DNA of 64,000 bases from Anaerovoracaceae bacterium (GTDB lineage: Bacteria > Bacillota > Clostridia > Peptostreptococcales > Anaerovoracaceae). Location: positions 919,434 to 983,433 of the forward strand of contig JBMNMU010000001.1 in NCBI GenBank assembly GCA_050953505.1, written 5' to 3'. The notes under the pieces are model-generated. The model was not told where the DNA came from, did not search any database, and saw only the letters and a list, made by a program, of their open reading frames with translations. Shown here in pieces: positions 1-10,086 of this stretch; position 1 is the first letter of the stretch; each line of letters opens with the position of its first letter. The translations under genes were made by a program, and so were the position numbers.

Positions 1-348
1 ACGATATTAAGAGAGAAAGCAGAAATAAACCAGGAGCAATGGCGGGAATGGGAGTTTCAAATTACAAAAGGCCTACTGTGTTTGCATACTATGCAGCCTC
101 AGCCTCTACTTCACGGTGACATTCATCCGGACAACATAATTATAGATTATGTCAACCAAGCTAAGCTTATTGATTTTTCATCAATAAAGAGTCATAACCA
201 GTTATTTAGGAGGAGGGTACATGCTGTTAGGGAATTTCTTGATCCAAGAATACTAAAAGGTTTTCCTTACGACAATAGGGCAGATTTCTATAGTTTGGGC
301 AAGGTTATGAACCTATTCAATGAAAAGGCTAAGGATGAAGTAAAATAA
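1..348 (+). CDS. Protein kinase-like protein, C-terminal part (5' end lies outside the window)
   Basis: Frame 1 is open from base 1 to the stop at 346-348. It contains an HGDIHPDN catalytic-loop-like motif, LIDFS (DFG-like) and a DFYSLG motif typical of Hanks-type/APH-like kinases. Confidence 0.6.
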   Translation, partial: TILREKAEINQEQWREWEFQITKGLLCLHTMQPQPLLHGDIHPDNIIIDYVNQAKLIDFSSIKSHNQLFRRRVHAVREFLDPRILKGFPYDNRADFYSLGKVMNLFNEKAKDEVK

Positions 349-380
349 AAAGCCGAGCGATATGCTCGGCCGTCGTTTTC
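341..380. terminator. Bidirectional rho-independent terminator between convergent genes
   Basis: Stem GCCGAGC (352-358), loop GATAT, stem GCTCGGC (364-370). An A-run lies upstream and a T-rich tract downstream. Confidence 0.6.
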
Positions 381-406
381 GATGTTATAGTGAGATATTC
401 AGTAGA

Positions 407-574
407 TTACCTGTCGTTTCTGAACTGTCTTCTTTCGTTCTTTCTCTTATCTCTACATTCTTTACATCTTTTTGGGTCGTTGTCAAAACCTTTTTCCTTG
501 TAAAATTCCTGTTCTCCAACTGTAAATGGGAATTCATTTCCGCAGTCTTGACAGACGAGTGTTCTTTCTTCCAT
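407..574 (-). CDS. Small zinc-ribbon protein (55 aa), absent from the ORF track because it is under 60 aa
   Basis: Manual translation gives MEERTLVCQDCGNEFPFTVGEQEFYKEKGFDNDPKRCKECRDKRKNERRQFRNDR. It has CxxC...CxxC pairs, a GGAGG 7 nt upstream of the ATG at 574, and a TAA stop at 407-409. The 385..588 track ORF is a different, low-complexity frame. Confidence 0.75.
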   Translation of the reverse strand: MEERTLVCQDCGNEFPFTVGEQEFYKEKGFDNDPKRCKECRDKRKNERRQFRNDR

Positions 575-949
575 TGATTTTCCTCCAAATTATAAAAAAA
601 TAAAATTTAATATTTAAAATAGATTATGGAGACCGATTTTTTCCAAAAAGATGATCGACCATGGGTATTTTAAATATCTCATAGTTCATTATATAAGAGT
701 TGCAATCATATGTCTAGAAGAATTTTCATAAAAGTCAAAGGATTTTTAAAAATTTTTCGACAATATTTTTAGCATACTATTTAAGGGGTGTTTAGCATTA
801 TGCTTTTTATCTTAGCTCTCAACACAATTTATTGATTAAAATGGCTTATCTTGTACTATTTATCATTTAATTCTTTAATTTCAGCAGAATATACAGTATA
901 ATTGAAATAATTGGTCGTTGAATAGTGTTTTTAAGAGGTGAGTAGTTTG

Positions 950-1210
950 ATGAGAAATTTTCTACAAAACTGGAATTATAAAAAGCATGCTACTGCTGTT
1001 ACGGGAATCTACTTAGGTGTTTCAATCATTGGGAATGCTGTATTAGGCAAAAAGGTACCCGAGGATGAAAAATCTCTATGTCCCGTTAATATTTGCAAGC
1101 AGATGACGAAAAAGCAATGGCTTTTTAATGGACTTGCTATAGGATGTTACAGCCTTGATATGAGTCTAAGCTATATCATCTTGAATCACTTTAAGAAGCA
1201 ATATAAGTAA
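950..1210 (+). CDS. Hypothetical small membrane protein
   Basis: ORF with hydrophobic segments. The ATG at 950 lies downstream of AAGAGG (933-938). The track start at 938 is a GTG overlapping the RBS. Confidence 0.4.
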   Translation: MRNFLQNWNYKKHATAVTGIYLGVSIIGNAVLGKKVPEDEKSLCPVNICKQMTKKQWLFNGLAIGCYSLDMSLSYIILNHFKKQYK

Positions 1211-1303
1211 CATCATATAATTCTGGTTACTTATGTGTTCAGCTAGAGTAGATGAAACCAGATCTAAAAGTATTTATGATGAAAGCGTTTTAAGAAGGTA
1301 ACA

Positions 1304-2218
1304 ATGCTTGGATATGTCACCCCGGAAAAGCCGGAATTAAAAATCAAAGAGTATGAAATATACAGTGGTTATTATTGCGGGATATGTAAATCAATAGGTA
1401 AAAGATACGGACAACTGCCAAGGCTGGTGCTCAACTATGATCTGGTGCTATTAGCCTTGGTTCTTGCTGGAGTAAATCCTGCTCCCGATGAGATTAAGAT
1501 TGAGAGATGTATTGTACATCCCTTAAAAAAAAGAACCATTATCCATAATAGTAAGGAAATTGATTATGCTGCGGACATCCTGCTATTATTGGCTTATTTT
1601 AATCTAAAAGACGATTATCAGGACGACAGAGATGTTAAATCAGCCCTTGGTATCCGACTCTTCAAGAACGTATTTAAAAGGCTCACAGAAAGGATATATG
1701 AGAAAACCAATATCGTTAATGTGAAGCTTGAAGAATTATCAATACTAGAACAGAAGAGCTGTCCATCCTTAGATGCAGCTGCAGAACCTTTTGCAAAGCT
1801 CATGGAGGAGGTTTTCGATCCCCTTAATTCTTGCCTGGATCATGAAAACTATTCAGAAAAGACCATCTCATCTTTTAGAAGAATAGGTTATCATCTCGGG
1901 AAGTGGATTTATTTAATTGACGCTTATGATGACTTGGAGGATGACATGAAAAGTAGATCCTACAATCCTCTAATTTATCAATTCAACCTTCACGACGACT
2001 TAATTGGCCCGGAAAAGATGGAAGAAATAACAATAAGGATCAGGGAACGGGTGGAGTTTAATCTCATGTGTTATTTGGCCGAAATCGCAAAATCTACAGA
2101 AGATTTACACTTTGAAAAAAATCAAGGCCTTATTGATAACATCATCTATTTAGGCCTTTTAAGAAAAACAGAACAGATTACAAAGAAGGGAAATAACGAT
2201 AATGAAAAATCCTTATAA
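1304..2218 (+). CDS. DUF5685-like protein (conserved clostridial partner of a J-domain protein)
   Basis: The N-terminus MLGYVTPEKPELKIKEYEIYSGYYCGICK matches my recollection of the DUF5685 family. It overlaps the downstream J-domain gene by 17 nt, suggesting an operon. Confidence 0.55.
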   Translation: MLGYVTPEKPELKIKEYEIYSGYYCGICKSIGKRYGQLPRLVLNYDLVLLALVLAGVNPAPDEIKIERCIVHPLKKRTIIHNSKEIDYAADILLLLAYFNLKDDYQDDRDVKSALGIRLFKNVFKRLTERIYEKTNIVNVKLEELSILEQKSCPSLDAAAEPFAKLMEEVFDPLNSCLDHENYSEKTISSFRRIGYHLGKWIYLIDAYDDLEDDMKSRSYNPLIYQFNLHDDLIGPEKMEEITIRIRERVEFNLMCYLAEIAKSTEDLHFEKNQGLIDNIIYLGLLRKTEQITKKGNNDNEKSL

Positions 2219-2780
2219 AATATTAGGCATCAAAGAAGGAGCTAGTCAGAAAGAAATAAAAGAAGCTTATTTAAAGCAAGTAAAAAAATATCATCCTGAC
2301 AAGCATCAAAACAACCCTTTATATGAATTAGCTGAGGAGAAACTACGAGAAATTAATGAAGCCTACGAGTATCTGACAAAGAATAATGGACAGGGCAGCT
2401 ATGGAAGCTCCAATACAAATTCTGGATACAACCGACCATCTTCAGAATTTATGGAAATCAGGAGAGACATTGACCACGGTAATCTTGCAAAAGCTGAAAT
2501 GATGTTAAATAGAATGTCAAACCGAGATGCGGAATGGCATTTTTTAAGAGGAATGATCTACCTCAGAAAAGGATGGTATGATGAAGCCTTGACAAATGTC
2601 CAAAATGCAGTAGCAATGGATCCAGGTAATATGGAATATAAAAATGCCTTAAATAGTATAATTGCATCAGGAAGTGGTTACCGGACTTCTGCTTATGGTA
2701 GGGGATATGCTACCAATGATGATTTATGCAGAATGCTACAATGTTATTGCTGTGCAGATGCGCTATGTGACTGCATTTAA
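2202..2780 (+). CDS. J-domain (DnaJ-like) protein with TPR-like middle and Cys-rich C-terminal tail
   Basis: The sequence NPYKILGIKEGASQKEIKEAYLKQVKKYHPDK includes the HPD motif. The C-terminus is CRMLQCYCCADALCDCI. Confidence 0.85.
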   Translation: MKNPYKILGIKEGASQKEIKEAYLKQVKKYHPDKHQNNPLYELAEEKLREINEAYEYLTKNNGQGSYGSSNTNSGYNRPSSEFMEIRRDIDHGNLAKAEMMLNRMSNRDAEWHFLRGMIYLRKGWYDEALTNVQNAVAMDPGNMEYKNALNSIIASGSGYRTSAYGRGYATNDDLCRMLQCYCCADALCDCI

Positions 2781-2785
2781 GGAGA

Positions 2786-3310
2786 TTGCCTGTGGAAAGG
2801 AAACATAAAAAATCAACTTTAAGGGTGGCCACAGGAGGGGTATTGCTTGCTCTTTCTATTGCCACATTATTTTCCGCAACATTCATACCGGGTGTTGAAC
2901 TGACTTTATTTACATTCAGCTCTTTTTATGTTGCCTTTATTATTATAGAATCGGACCTAAAGGGCGGAATTCTTTTTTATGTGGCTTCTCTGTTGCTGGG
3001 AGCCATCCTTATTCCCAATAAGGGAGCTTTGTTGCCTTATGCTATGTTTTTTGGATTATACGGCATAGTAAAATTGTTAATTGAGAAAATCAAAAAAATA
3101 CCCATAGAGCTTATCCTTAAATTAGTATTCTTTAATATTTCTTATGCTATAGGACTTTTGTTTTTTAAAGAACTTTTTTTAGGAAATATCGACCTACCAA
3201 ACTTAGCCTTACCTGTCTTACTTGTAGGCGCTCAGGTGTTTTTCCTGTTTTATGATTATCTATTTACTCTAGTAATTGGTTTTTATTTATCTAGTAGGCC
3301 GAAGTCCTAG
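2786..3310 (+). CDS. Polytopic membrane protein, function unknown
   Basis: Several hydrophobic helices. The start is uncertain: TTG at 2786 lies too close to AAGGAG (2779-2784), so GTG at 2792 is an alternative. Confidence 0.5.
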   Translation: MPVERKHKKSTLRVATGGVLLALSIATLFSATFIPGVELTLFTFSSFYVAFIIIESDLKGGILFYVASLLLGAILIPNKGALLPYAMFFGLYGIVKLLIEKIKKIPIELILKLVFFNISYAIGLLFFKELFLGNIDLPNLALPVLLVGAQVFFLFYDYLFTLVIGFYLSSRPKS

Positions 3311-3394
3311 TAATAATTTGTCCCCCTCGAGAATAGACTTAACATGACAGACTGTACATATTATGAGTAAGTAGTTAAGAAGAGAGGGATAATC

Positions 3395-3964
3395 ATGGTA
3401 AGATACAATAGAGGTTATAGGCCAAGGAAAAGATCTGGATCTGTATTTACGATATTTGTCGTTATCGTGCTACTAGCAGTTGCTGCCGGTTATGCAGGGA
3501 CAAAATATATTATTTATCCAATTTTTTTACAAGACAGTGGAGTAGATGGCAGTATTAATAGCGAAAACCAAAACGGATCACAGGCTCAATCGGATATTGA
3601 TGTGACTACAAGTCCACCTAGTGTAACAATTGATTCTCAGACGAATCCTGACGAAAATCAAGAAGTAACAGAGCAAAGCCAAGAGGCTCAGGTGAAAAAT
3701 GATAGTGAACAAGAAAATCAAGCTGTACCTAGTGGAAAGGGGCCTTATACAGTACAATTTGGAAATTTTACTACACGTGAAGCGGCAGATTCTTATGCCA
3801 AGGAATTGACTCAACAAGGTATTTATACCTACATCTATGAAGATGATAGTACTTTTAAAGTTCTTGGCCTTCCATACGGAGAAAAGGCAAAGGCCCAAGA
3901 AGCCGTGTCTGTCATATCTTCCATTGTAGAAGATGCTTTTGTAGTTGATATGTCCTCTTTATGA
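3395..3964 (+). CDS. SPOR domain-containing membrane-anchored protein
   Basis: N-terminal transmembrane segment, low-complexity linker, and a C-terminal YTVQFGNFTTREAADSYAKELTQQGIYTYI...FKVLGLPYGEKAKAQEA segment resembling a SPOR repeat. Confidence 0.7.
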   Translation: MVRYNRGYRPRKRSGSVFTIFVVIVLLAVAAGYAGTKYIIYPIFLQDSGVDGSINSENQNGSQAQSDIDVTTSPPSVTIDSQTNPDENQEVTEQSQEAQVKNDSEQENQAVPSGKGPYTVQFGNFTTREAADSYAKELTQQGIYTYIYEDDSTFKVLGLPYGEKAKAQEAVSVISSIVEDAFVVDMSSL

Positions 3965-4013
3965 GCCTATACCCATTTGTTTACATTTTATTTTCAAGCA
4001 GGAAGGATGAAAT

Positions 4014-5282
4014 ATGATACCTTTATCCACCAGAATGAGGCCTGACAGCCTAGATGAGTTTTTAGGACAAACTCATTTTATGTACAAGGAATCTTTATTA
4101 TATAATGCAATTAAAAATAAATCCTTTGAATCCGCTATTTTTTTCGGCCCTTCTGGGACAGGGAAGACCACATTAGCCAGGATGATAGCAAAAGAAATGG
4201 ATGCAAATTTCCATGAGTTAAATGCTACGACAACAGGGATAAAGGAATTAAAGGAAGTTATTGACAATGCCAAATTAAGGTTTTTTGGACTACAGAAGGA
4301 AACAACCTACTTATATGTGGACGAGTTTCATAGATGGAATAAATTACAGCAGGATTCCCTCCTTAAGGCGTTAGAAGAGGGTGTTATCCGGTTTATAGGA
4401 AGCACCACGGAAAACCCTTATTTTGCTGTGAATAATGCAGTGTTAAGTAGAGTCAGATCTATCTATGAATTTAAGAGGCTTAGCACGGAGGATATTTATC
4501 AATTGTTGTTAAACGCTTTGCATAATAAGGAGCGGGGTCTAGGAAAACTTGAGTTGCAATGGGATGATAAAGCATTAAGGATTCTTGCAGACATGAGCAG
4601 TGGGGATGCACGGGTTGCTCTTGATACCTTAGGCTTTATAGCTGAAAACCTTAAAAAAGGAAGTATTATCAATACGGATATCGTTGGCGAAGCGATGCAA
4701 AGGCAGACCACCTTTTATGATCGTGGTGAGGATAAGTATAATTTACTTTCCGCACTGCAAAAATCAATACGAGGCAGTGACCCGGATGCCTCTATCCACT
4801 ATTTATCTAGGCTTATAGAAGGTGGTGCTGACATTCAAATGATTGGTAGAAGACTAATGGTTATAGCTAGTGAGGATGTGGGTATGGCTTACCCCAATGC
4901 AATCAGTATTGTGACAAGCTGTGTCCAAGCTGCATTGATGGTAGGTTTTCCTGAAGCAAGAATAAACCTAGCCCAAGCCACTATTCTTTTAGCTTCTTGC
5001 CCAAAGTCAAATGCTTCTTATATGGCTTTAAACTATGCTATGGAGGATCTGAGGAAAAAAAATATTGATGATGTGCCTGATCACTTGAAAGACACACATT
5101 ATTCAGGAGCCTCAAAGAGGGGCTTAGGGGTCGGTTATAAATACCCTCATGATTATGGCGGTTATATTAATCAGCAGTACCTTCCGGATAATCTTTATAA
5201 GGAAGGAGCAAAATACTATAAGCCCACAGAAAATGGAAAGGAAGGAGCTTTTAAAAGGTTTTTAGAAAGCTTAAAGAGATAG
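4014..5282 (+). CDS. rarA: Replication-associated recombination protein A (AAA+ ATPase, MgsA/RarA family)
   Basis: MRPDSLDEFLGQTH, Walker A GPSGTGKTTLA, Walker B YVDEFHRWNK, and the C-terminal MgsA region (YNLLSALQKSIRGSDPDASIHYLSRL). Confidence 0.9.
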   Translation: MIPLSTRMRPDSLDEFLGQTHFMYKESLLYNAIKNKSFESAIFFGPSGTGKTTLARMIAKEMDANFHELNATTTGIKELKEVIDNAKLRFFGLQKETTYLYVDEFHRWNKLQQDSLLKALEEGVIRFIGSTTENPYFAVNNAVLSRVRSIYEFKRLSTEDIYQLLLNALHNKERGLGKLELQWDDKALRILADMSSGDARVALDTLGFIAENLKKGSIINTDIVGEAMQRQTTFYDRGEDKYNLLSALQKSIRGSDPDASIHYLSRLIEGGADIQMIGRRLMVIASEDVGMAYPNAISIVTSCVQAALMVGFPEARINLAQATILLASCPKSNASYMALNYAMEDLRKKNIDDVPDHLKDTHYSGASKRGLGVGYKYPHDYGGYINQQYLPDNLYKEGAKYYKPTENGKEGAFKRFLESLKR

Positions 5283-5285
5283 CGT

Positions 5286-6152
5286 ATGGAAATTAAATTA
5301 GCAAAGAATTCAGGCTTCTGCTTTGGTGTAAAAGAAGCTATTAAGAAAGCAGAAAATATCATTGCAGAAAATCATGGAAATAAAAAGAGAATATATACAT
5401 GCGGTTCATTAATACACAATAAGATTGTAACGGATGGGTTAAAAAGAAAAGGCGTTTCAACCATAAACAATGTCAGGGAAGCGGAGGATGGCTCTGTAGT
5501 AGTCGTTCGATCCCATGGGGAACCCTGGCGATTTTATTTGGAGGCGGAGAAAAAAGGATTAGAAATTGTTGATGCCACATGCCCTTTTGTAAGACGAATA
5601 CAAAACCTTGTGAAGGAGGCAAAGGAAGAGGGTCTTAATGTGGTTATCGTCGGAGACAAGAATCATCCTGAAATCATAGGGATCAATGGCTGGTGTAATG
5701 ATGAAGCACAAATTGTAAATTCAGTGGAAGAGGCAAAGCAGGTGGTGGGAGATAATTTGTTTGTCGTTGCACAAACTACCATCCGTAGGGATTTATTTGA
5801 TGAAATCGTAAAAATATTAAATGATAGTAAATCTAAAGTGGAAGTGCATAATACGATTTGCAATGCCACGTCAGAAAGGCAGCAAAGCTGTATGGAGACC
5901 GCTAAGGAATCCGAAATAATGATTATTATTGGGGATAGAAATAGCTCAAATACTGTTAAGCTTTTTGAAATCGCTAATAAATATTGTGACAATACTTATT
6001 TTGTTGAGGACAAAGACCACCTGCCCTTGGATGAAATTAAGAAATATAATAAAATCGGCATTTCAGCCGGTGCTTCCACTCCTAAGCATGTTATCCAGGA
6101 GGTAATGGACACCATCCAAGAATTGAGCCTACAAAATGGTGAAAGCGATTAA
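5286..6152 (+). CDS. ispH: 4-hydroxy-3-methylbut-2-enyl diphosphate reductase
   Basis: N-terminus LAKNSGFCFGVKEAI, with the CPFV and NTICNATSERQ motifs (the three Cys ligands of IspH/LytB). Confidence 0.9.
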   Translation: MEIKLAKNSGFCFGVKEAIKKAENIIAENHGNKKRIYTCGSLIHNKIVTDGLKRKGVSTINNVREAEDGSVVVVRSHGEPWRFYLEAEKKGLEIVDATCPFVRRIQNLVKEAKEEGLNVVIVGDKNHPEIIGINGWCNDEAQIVNSVEEAKQVVGDNLFVVAQTTIRRDLFDEIVKILNDSKSKVEVHNTICNATSERQQSCMETAKESEIMIIIGDRNSSNTVKLFEIANKYCDNTYFVEDKDHLPLDEIKKYNKIGISAGASTPKHVIQEVMDTIQELSLQNGESD

Positions 6153-6167
6153 ATTCGGGGTTTAGAA

Positions 6168-6455
6168 GTGAAGATGATTATTGGAATACTTAAAATAAGA
6201 ATCCACATCCCTTGGTCACATTCTTTAAAAGAAAAAAGAAGTGTGGTAAAGAGTATCTGTGGCAGGGTAAAAAATAAATTTAATGTCTCCATTGCAGAGG
6301 TTGAAGAACATGACCTTCATCAAATTATTGTATTAGGAATTTCATATGTTACTAATGATGGTGCTCAAGCTCATCGCATAGGGGAAAATGTTCTTAATTT
6401 TATACAAAGCAACACGGAGGGTGACATCATAGATATTGAGCGAGAACTATACTAA
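6168..6455 (+). CDS. DUF503 (YlxP-like) protein
   Basis: IGILKIRIHIPWSHSLKEKRSVVKSICGRVKNKFNVSIAEV matches the DUF503 pattern. Confidence 0.7.
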   Translation: MKMIIGILKIRIHIPWSHSLKEKRSVVKSICGRVKNKFNVSIAEVEEHDLHQIIVLGISYVTNDGAQAHRIGENVLNFIQSNTEGDIIDIERELY

Positions 6456-6628
6456 AAGAGCTTTTAAAAACGGAAATCATTGAAAAAATCCAAAAAATCT
6501 ATGATAATCCTAATTAAATCGAAAATAAAAAACATTTACCATTGAAAGAAATCGAAATATGTAATAGAATAGGTGTTGCGGCAGGGGCTTTGACCTCTGA
6601 ACGTATAATTAAGGAGGTTATTGCTACC

Positions 6629-7855
6629 ATGAGTGAACAGTTCACTGAAACAAGAGAAGAAAATTTAATGCATGGCTTGATGGAGGAAATCGAAAAATCA
6701 TTACGATTACCTAGAAATGGCGAAATTGTAACAGGAGAAATTATACAGGTTTCTGATAGAGAAATCGTAGTAAATCTTGGTTACAAAAAGGATGGGATTA
6801 TCCCAAGAGATGAATTTACATTAGAAGGAGACCAAGAATTAACAGAGCTTTTCAAGGAAGGCGATGAGATTCAGGCAAAGGTTTTAAAGACAGATGATGG
6901 TGATGGAAACATCTTACTATCAAAGAAAAGGCTTGAGGTTAATGAGCATTGGGAAGAAATCACTGATGCTTATGAAAATAAATCGTCTGTTAATGCTAAA
7001 GTTGTAAAAGAAGTAAAAGGCGGAGTAATCGCTGTTTTCAAAGAAGTTTCTGGCTTTATTCCACTTTCACAACTGTCTGATAAATTTGTTGAAAAAGCAG
7101 ATGAATTCGTAGGGAAAACACTTCCTGTAAAAGTAACAAGAGTAGATCAAAAGAGAAATAAAGCTGTATTTTCCCACAAAGCTATCCTAAACGAAGAAAA
7201 ACAAAAGAAAATACAAGAAATTTGGGAATCTATAAAAGTAGGGGATAGTGTTGAAGGTACAGTAATGAGGTTCACAGATTATGGTGCATTTGTAGATATA
7301 GGCGGAATTGACGGATTACTGCATATCTCCGAAATTTCTTGGGGTAAACTTAAACACCCACAGGAAGCTTTAAAAATCGGGGAAAAGATTAATGTGAAAA
7401 TCCTTTCAATGAATGCCGAAAAGGGAAAAATTTCTCTAGGATTAAAGCAGAATACGCCTGAGCCATGGTCCGTAATTGATGAAAATTACCAAGAGGGTCA
7501 GGTGATTAACGGTAAGGTTGTACAAATCAAAGATTACGGCGCATTTGTTGAGTTAGAGCCTGGCCTTGATGGGTTGGTTCATATCTCAGAGATTGCGTAC
7601 AAGCGTGTGACAAACATAGCTGATGAAATATCTGTAGGTCAGGAAGTATCAGTAAAAATCTTAGATATTGACAAAGAAAGAAAAAGAATCAGCCTAAGCA
7701 TTAAGGCTACCCTTGATCCTAACGAGGCTGAAGAAGAATCTGCTGACGATGAAGCACCGGAGGTAGAAGCTGCTGAAACAGTTGAAACTGAAGAAGTAGT
7801 TGAAGAAGCCGTTGAAGCTGCTGAAGAATCAGAACTAGCAGAAGCTGCAGAATAA
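6629..7855 (+). CDS. rpsA: 30S ribosomal protein S1-like protein (four S1 RNA-binding repeats, acidic tail)
   Basis: Repeated G.V....D.GAFV.....GL.HISE S1 motifs. I prefer the ATG at 6629, preceded by AAGGAGG (6611-6617), to the track start at 6542. Confidence 0.85.
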   Translation: MSEQFTETREENLMHGLMEEIEKSLRLPRNGEIVTGEIIQVSDREIVVNLGYKKDGIIPRDEFTLEGDQELTELFKEGDEIQAKVLKTDDGDGNILLSKKRLEVNEHWEEITDAYENKSSVNAKVVKEVKGGVIAVFKEVSGFIPLSQLSDKFVEKADEFVGKTLPVKVTRVDQKRNKAVFSHKAILNEEKQKKIQEIWESIKVGDSVEGTVMRFTDYGAFVDIGGIDGLLHISEISWGKLKHPQEALKIGEKINVKILSMNAEKGKISLGLKQNTPEPWSVIDENYQEGQVINGKVVQIKDYGAFVELEPGLDGLVHISEIAYKRVTNIADEISVGQEVSVKILDIDKERKRISLSIKATLDPNEAEEESADDEAPEVEAAETVETEEVVEEAVEAAEESELAEAAE

Positions 7856-7870
7856 TAAACATAAGAACCT

Positions 7871-7896
7871 AAAAAACCGCCAATGGCGGTTTTTTT
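7871..7896. terminator. Bidirectional terminator (S1 gene / recN)
   Basis: AAAAAACCGCC-AAT-GGCGGTTTTTTT. Confidence 0.8.
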
Positions 7897-7984
7897 GTTA
7901 CCAAATTTGATGCGTAGCACTTAGAGGTGCATTCCATTATAAAATTGGAGGACTGCGTGAAAGCACTTCTCCTAGCATTGCACC

Positions 7985-9625
7985 CTATTGTTGCTTTGAT
8001 AGAGTTAACAATTCCTCGGCGCTTTTTAATGTTGTATCTGTAATGTTGATTCCACCAAGCAGCCTTGCGATTTCATAGACCTTTTCATCATCTGAAAGGG
8101 AGACGACTATAGTATTGGTGGATTCTTCCTTATCTTCCTTTTGGATTCTGTAATGATAGTCTCCGTAAGCGGCAATTTGAGGTAAATGGGTGATACAGAT
8201 GATTTGATGTTTCTTGGAAATGTCCAATAATTTTTTTCCGACAATACTGGCCGTAATACCGCTAATACCAGTATCGATCTCATCAAATATCATTGTAGGG
8301 ATGTGATCAAAGTTGCCTACAATTTGTTTAAATGCTAGCATAATCCTGGAGATTTCTCCACCAGATGCAATTTTAGCAAGAGGCTTTGGTGATTCTCCTT
8401 TATTTGTTGTAATCAGGAACTCAACTTTATCTATACCATCTGGAGTAAAAGTTGGTTTGCTGCCTTCCCTTGTATCATCAAAATGAACAGATAAATGTGT
8501 GTTCTTAAAGTTAAGCTCTGACAATTCTTTATTGATCTTTTTTTCAATAATTTCTGCAGATTTTTTTCGTAAGCCAGTAAGATTTTGGCTAGCCTCTAGT
8601 AGTTGCTTTTCATACAAAGCCAGTTTTGATGTCAATTCATTTTTTATCTCTTCTATATTTTCTATTGTACTTAACTCTTTTCCTAGCTTCTCCTGATATT
8701 CCAGAACCTTTTCAAGGGAGCCTCCATATTTGCGCTTTAACCCATCTAAGATATTTAGTCGATCTATAGTTTCCTCTAGTAATTGGGGGGAAAAAGTAAT
8801 CTTATCTCGAAAACTTCTCACTTCGTTAGATAGATCCTCCAAACGAAAATAGATATCTGAAAGAGATTCTCCAAGCTCTTGTAGGTGGGGGGAATATTCC
8901 GTGACCTCTTGGAGCAGGCTCATGCTTTTCCCTAGGCCTTCAATAATAGAAGGAGATTGCTCATACAAGATTTCATAGGACTCGGAAAGGTTATTAAATA
9001 TTTTCTCGCTATTTTGTTGCATGGCCAAGCTTTGAGATAGTTCTTCGTCTTCGCCTATATATGGCTTGGCTGCACTTATTTCTTGAAGCTCGAAAGTCAT
9101 AAAATCACGCTTTCTTTCAGCTTCAGCTTGTCCGGCTAAAAGATTTGATAATTGTGATTTCGTACTGGAATAAAGATCATATAGTTGAGAAACATGATCC
9201 TTTGCAAGGCTAATAGCAGGCTCATCATATAAGTCGATGAATTTAATGTGGGTGTCAGGGTTCAGTAAAGATTGATGGTCATATTGACCATGAATATCTG
9301 CAATATTTTTGCAGAATTTATTCAAAGTTGCTAGAGTCACGATTTCGCCGTTAATTTTGCATAAGCTTTTCCCGTTAATTGAGATTTCTCTTGTAATAAC
9401 AACTTCTTCATCATCAACATCAGCCACCAGCTGGATGATTGCCTTTTCTTTCCCTGTGCGCACAAAAGTAGTATCGGCCCTGCTTCCTAAAGCAAGGCTT
9501 ATGGCTTCGATAATAATGGACTTACCAACACCTGTTTCACCGGTAATAATATTTAGCCCGTCCTGGAAAGCTAGATTTACTTCGTCAATAATAGCAAAAT
9601 CTTTAATACGTATTTGAGAAATCAT
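7985..9625 (-). CDS. recN: DNA repair protein RecN
   Basis: N-terminal Walker A GETGVGKS, long coiled-coil middle, and a C-terminal ASGGEISR signature with Walker B MIFDEIDTGISG. Confidence 0.92.
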   Translation of the reverse strand: MISQIRIKDFAIIDEVNLAFQDGLNIITGETGVGKSIIIEAISLALGSRADTTFVRTGKEKAIIQLVADVDDEEVVITREISINGKSLCKINGEIVTLATLNKFCKNIADIHGQYDHQSLLNPDTHIKFIDLYDEPAISLAKDHVSQLYDLYSSTKSQLSNLLAGQAEAERKRDFMTFELQEISAAKPYIGEDEELSQSLAMQQNSEKIFNNLSESYEILYEQSPSIIEGLGKSMSLLQEVTEYSPHLQELGESLSDIYFRLEDLSNEVRSFRDKITFSPQLLEETIDRLNILDGLKRKYGGSLEKVLEYQEKLGKELSTIENIEEIKNELTSKLALYEKQLLEASQNLTGLRKKSAEIIEKKINKELSELNFKNTHLSVHFDDTREGSKPTFTPDGIDKVEFLITTNKGESPKPLAKIASGGEISRIMLAFKQIVGNFDHIPTMIFDEIDTGISGITASIVGKKLLDISKKHQIICITHLPQIAAYGDYHYRIQKEDKEESTNTIVVSLSDDEKVYEIARLLGGINITDTTLKSAEELLTLSKQQ

Positions 9626-9636
9626 GATATAATCCT

Positions 9637-10086
9637 CTAATCAATCATTTCACTTAGTTTGGATACGATTCCAGGAGCGTTTTCTGGATCGTTAACAACT
9701 AGCAAAAGAGTATTATCTCCAGCTATGGAACCGATAACGTCTTTTAAGTTTAGTGTATCAATGGCTTCTCCAGCAGCTGAAGCACAGCCGCTTAAAGTCT
9801 TTACGACAATTATATTCCCTGAAGATTCTACTGTTTGAATTGTTTCCCTAAATATTTTGGAAAAACGATCGGATATTGGCTGATCAATGCCTGCTCCCAC
9901 AGCATATTTATATCTTCCGGAAGGAGATAAGGTTTTGATGAGTTGTAATTCCTTAATATCTCGTGATATTGTGGCTTGAGTAACCTTAAATCCACTTTCT
10001 TTTAAGAGTGAAACTAATTTTTCTTGTGTTTCCACTTCTTCATTATTAATAATTTCAAGGATTTTGTTTTGTCTCGAATATCTCAT
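9637..10086 (-). CDS. argR: Arginine repressor
   Basis: MRYSRQNKILEIINNEEVETQEKLVSLLKESGFKVTQATISRDIKEL and the C-terminal GTIAGDNTLL-like motif. The ATG at 10086 is preceded by GAGGAG. The track start at 10107 adds 7 residues. Confidence 0.9.
   Translation of the reverse strand: MRYSRQNKILEIINNEEVETQEKLVSLLKESGFKVTQATISRDIKELQLIKTLSPSGRYKYAVGAGIDQPISDRFSKIFRETIQTVESSGNIIVVKTLSGCASAAGEAIDTLNLKDVIGSIAGDNTLLLVVNDPENAPGIVSKLSEMID

Noticed and set aside
385-588. 67-aa minus-strand track ORF (MEENQWKKEHSS...)
   Set aside because: Low-complexity sequence with no RBS. A different minus frame (407-574) encodes a well-formed zinc-ribbon protein with a GGAGG RBS.
6542-6628. N-terminal 29-residue extension of the S1 protein in the track ORF
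   Set aside because: It starts at a non-ATG codon with no RBS. The ATG at 6629 has a canonical AAGGAGG and yields a typical S1 N-terminus.
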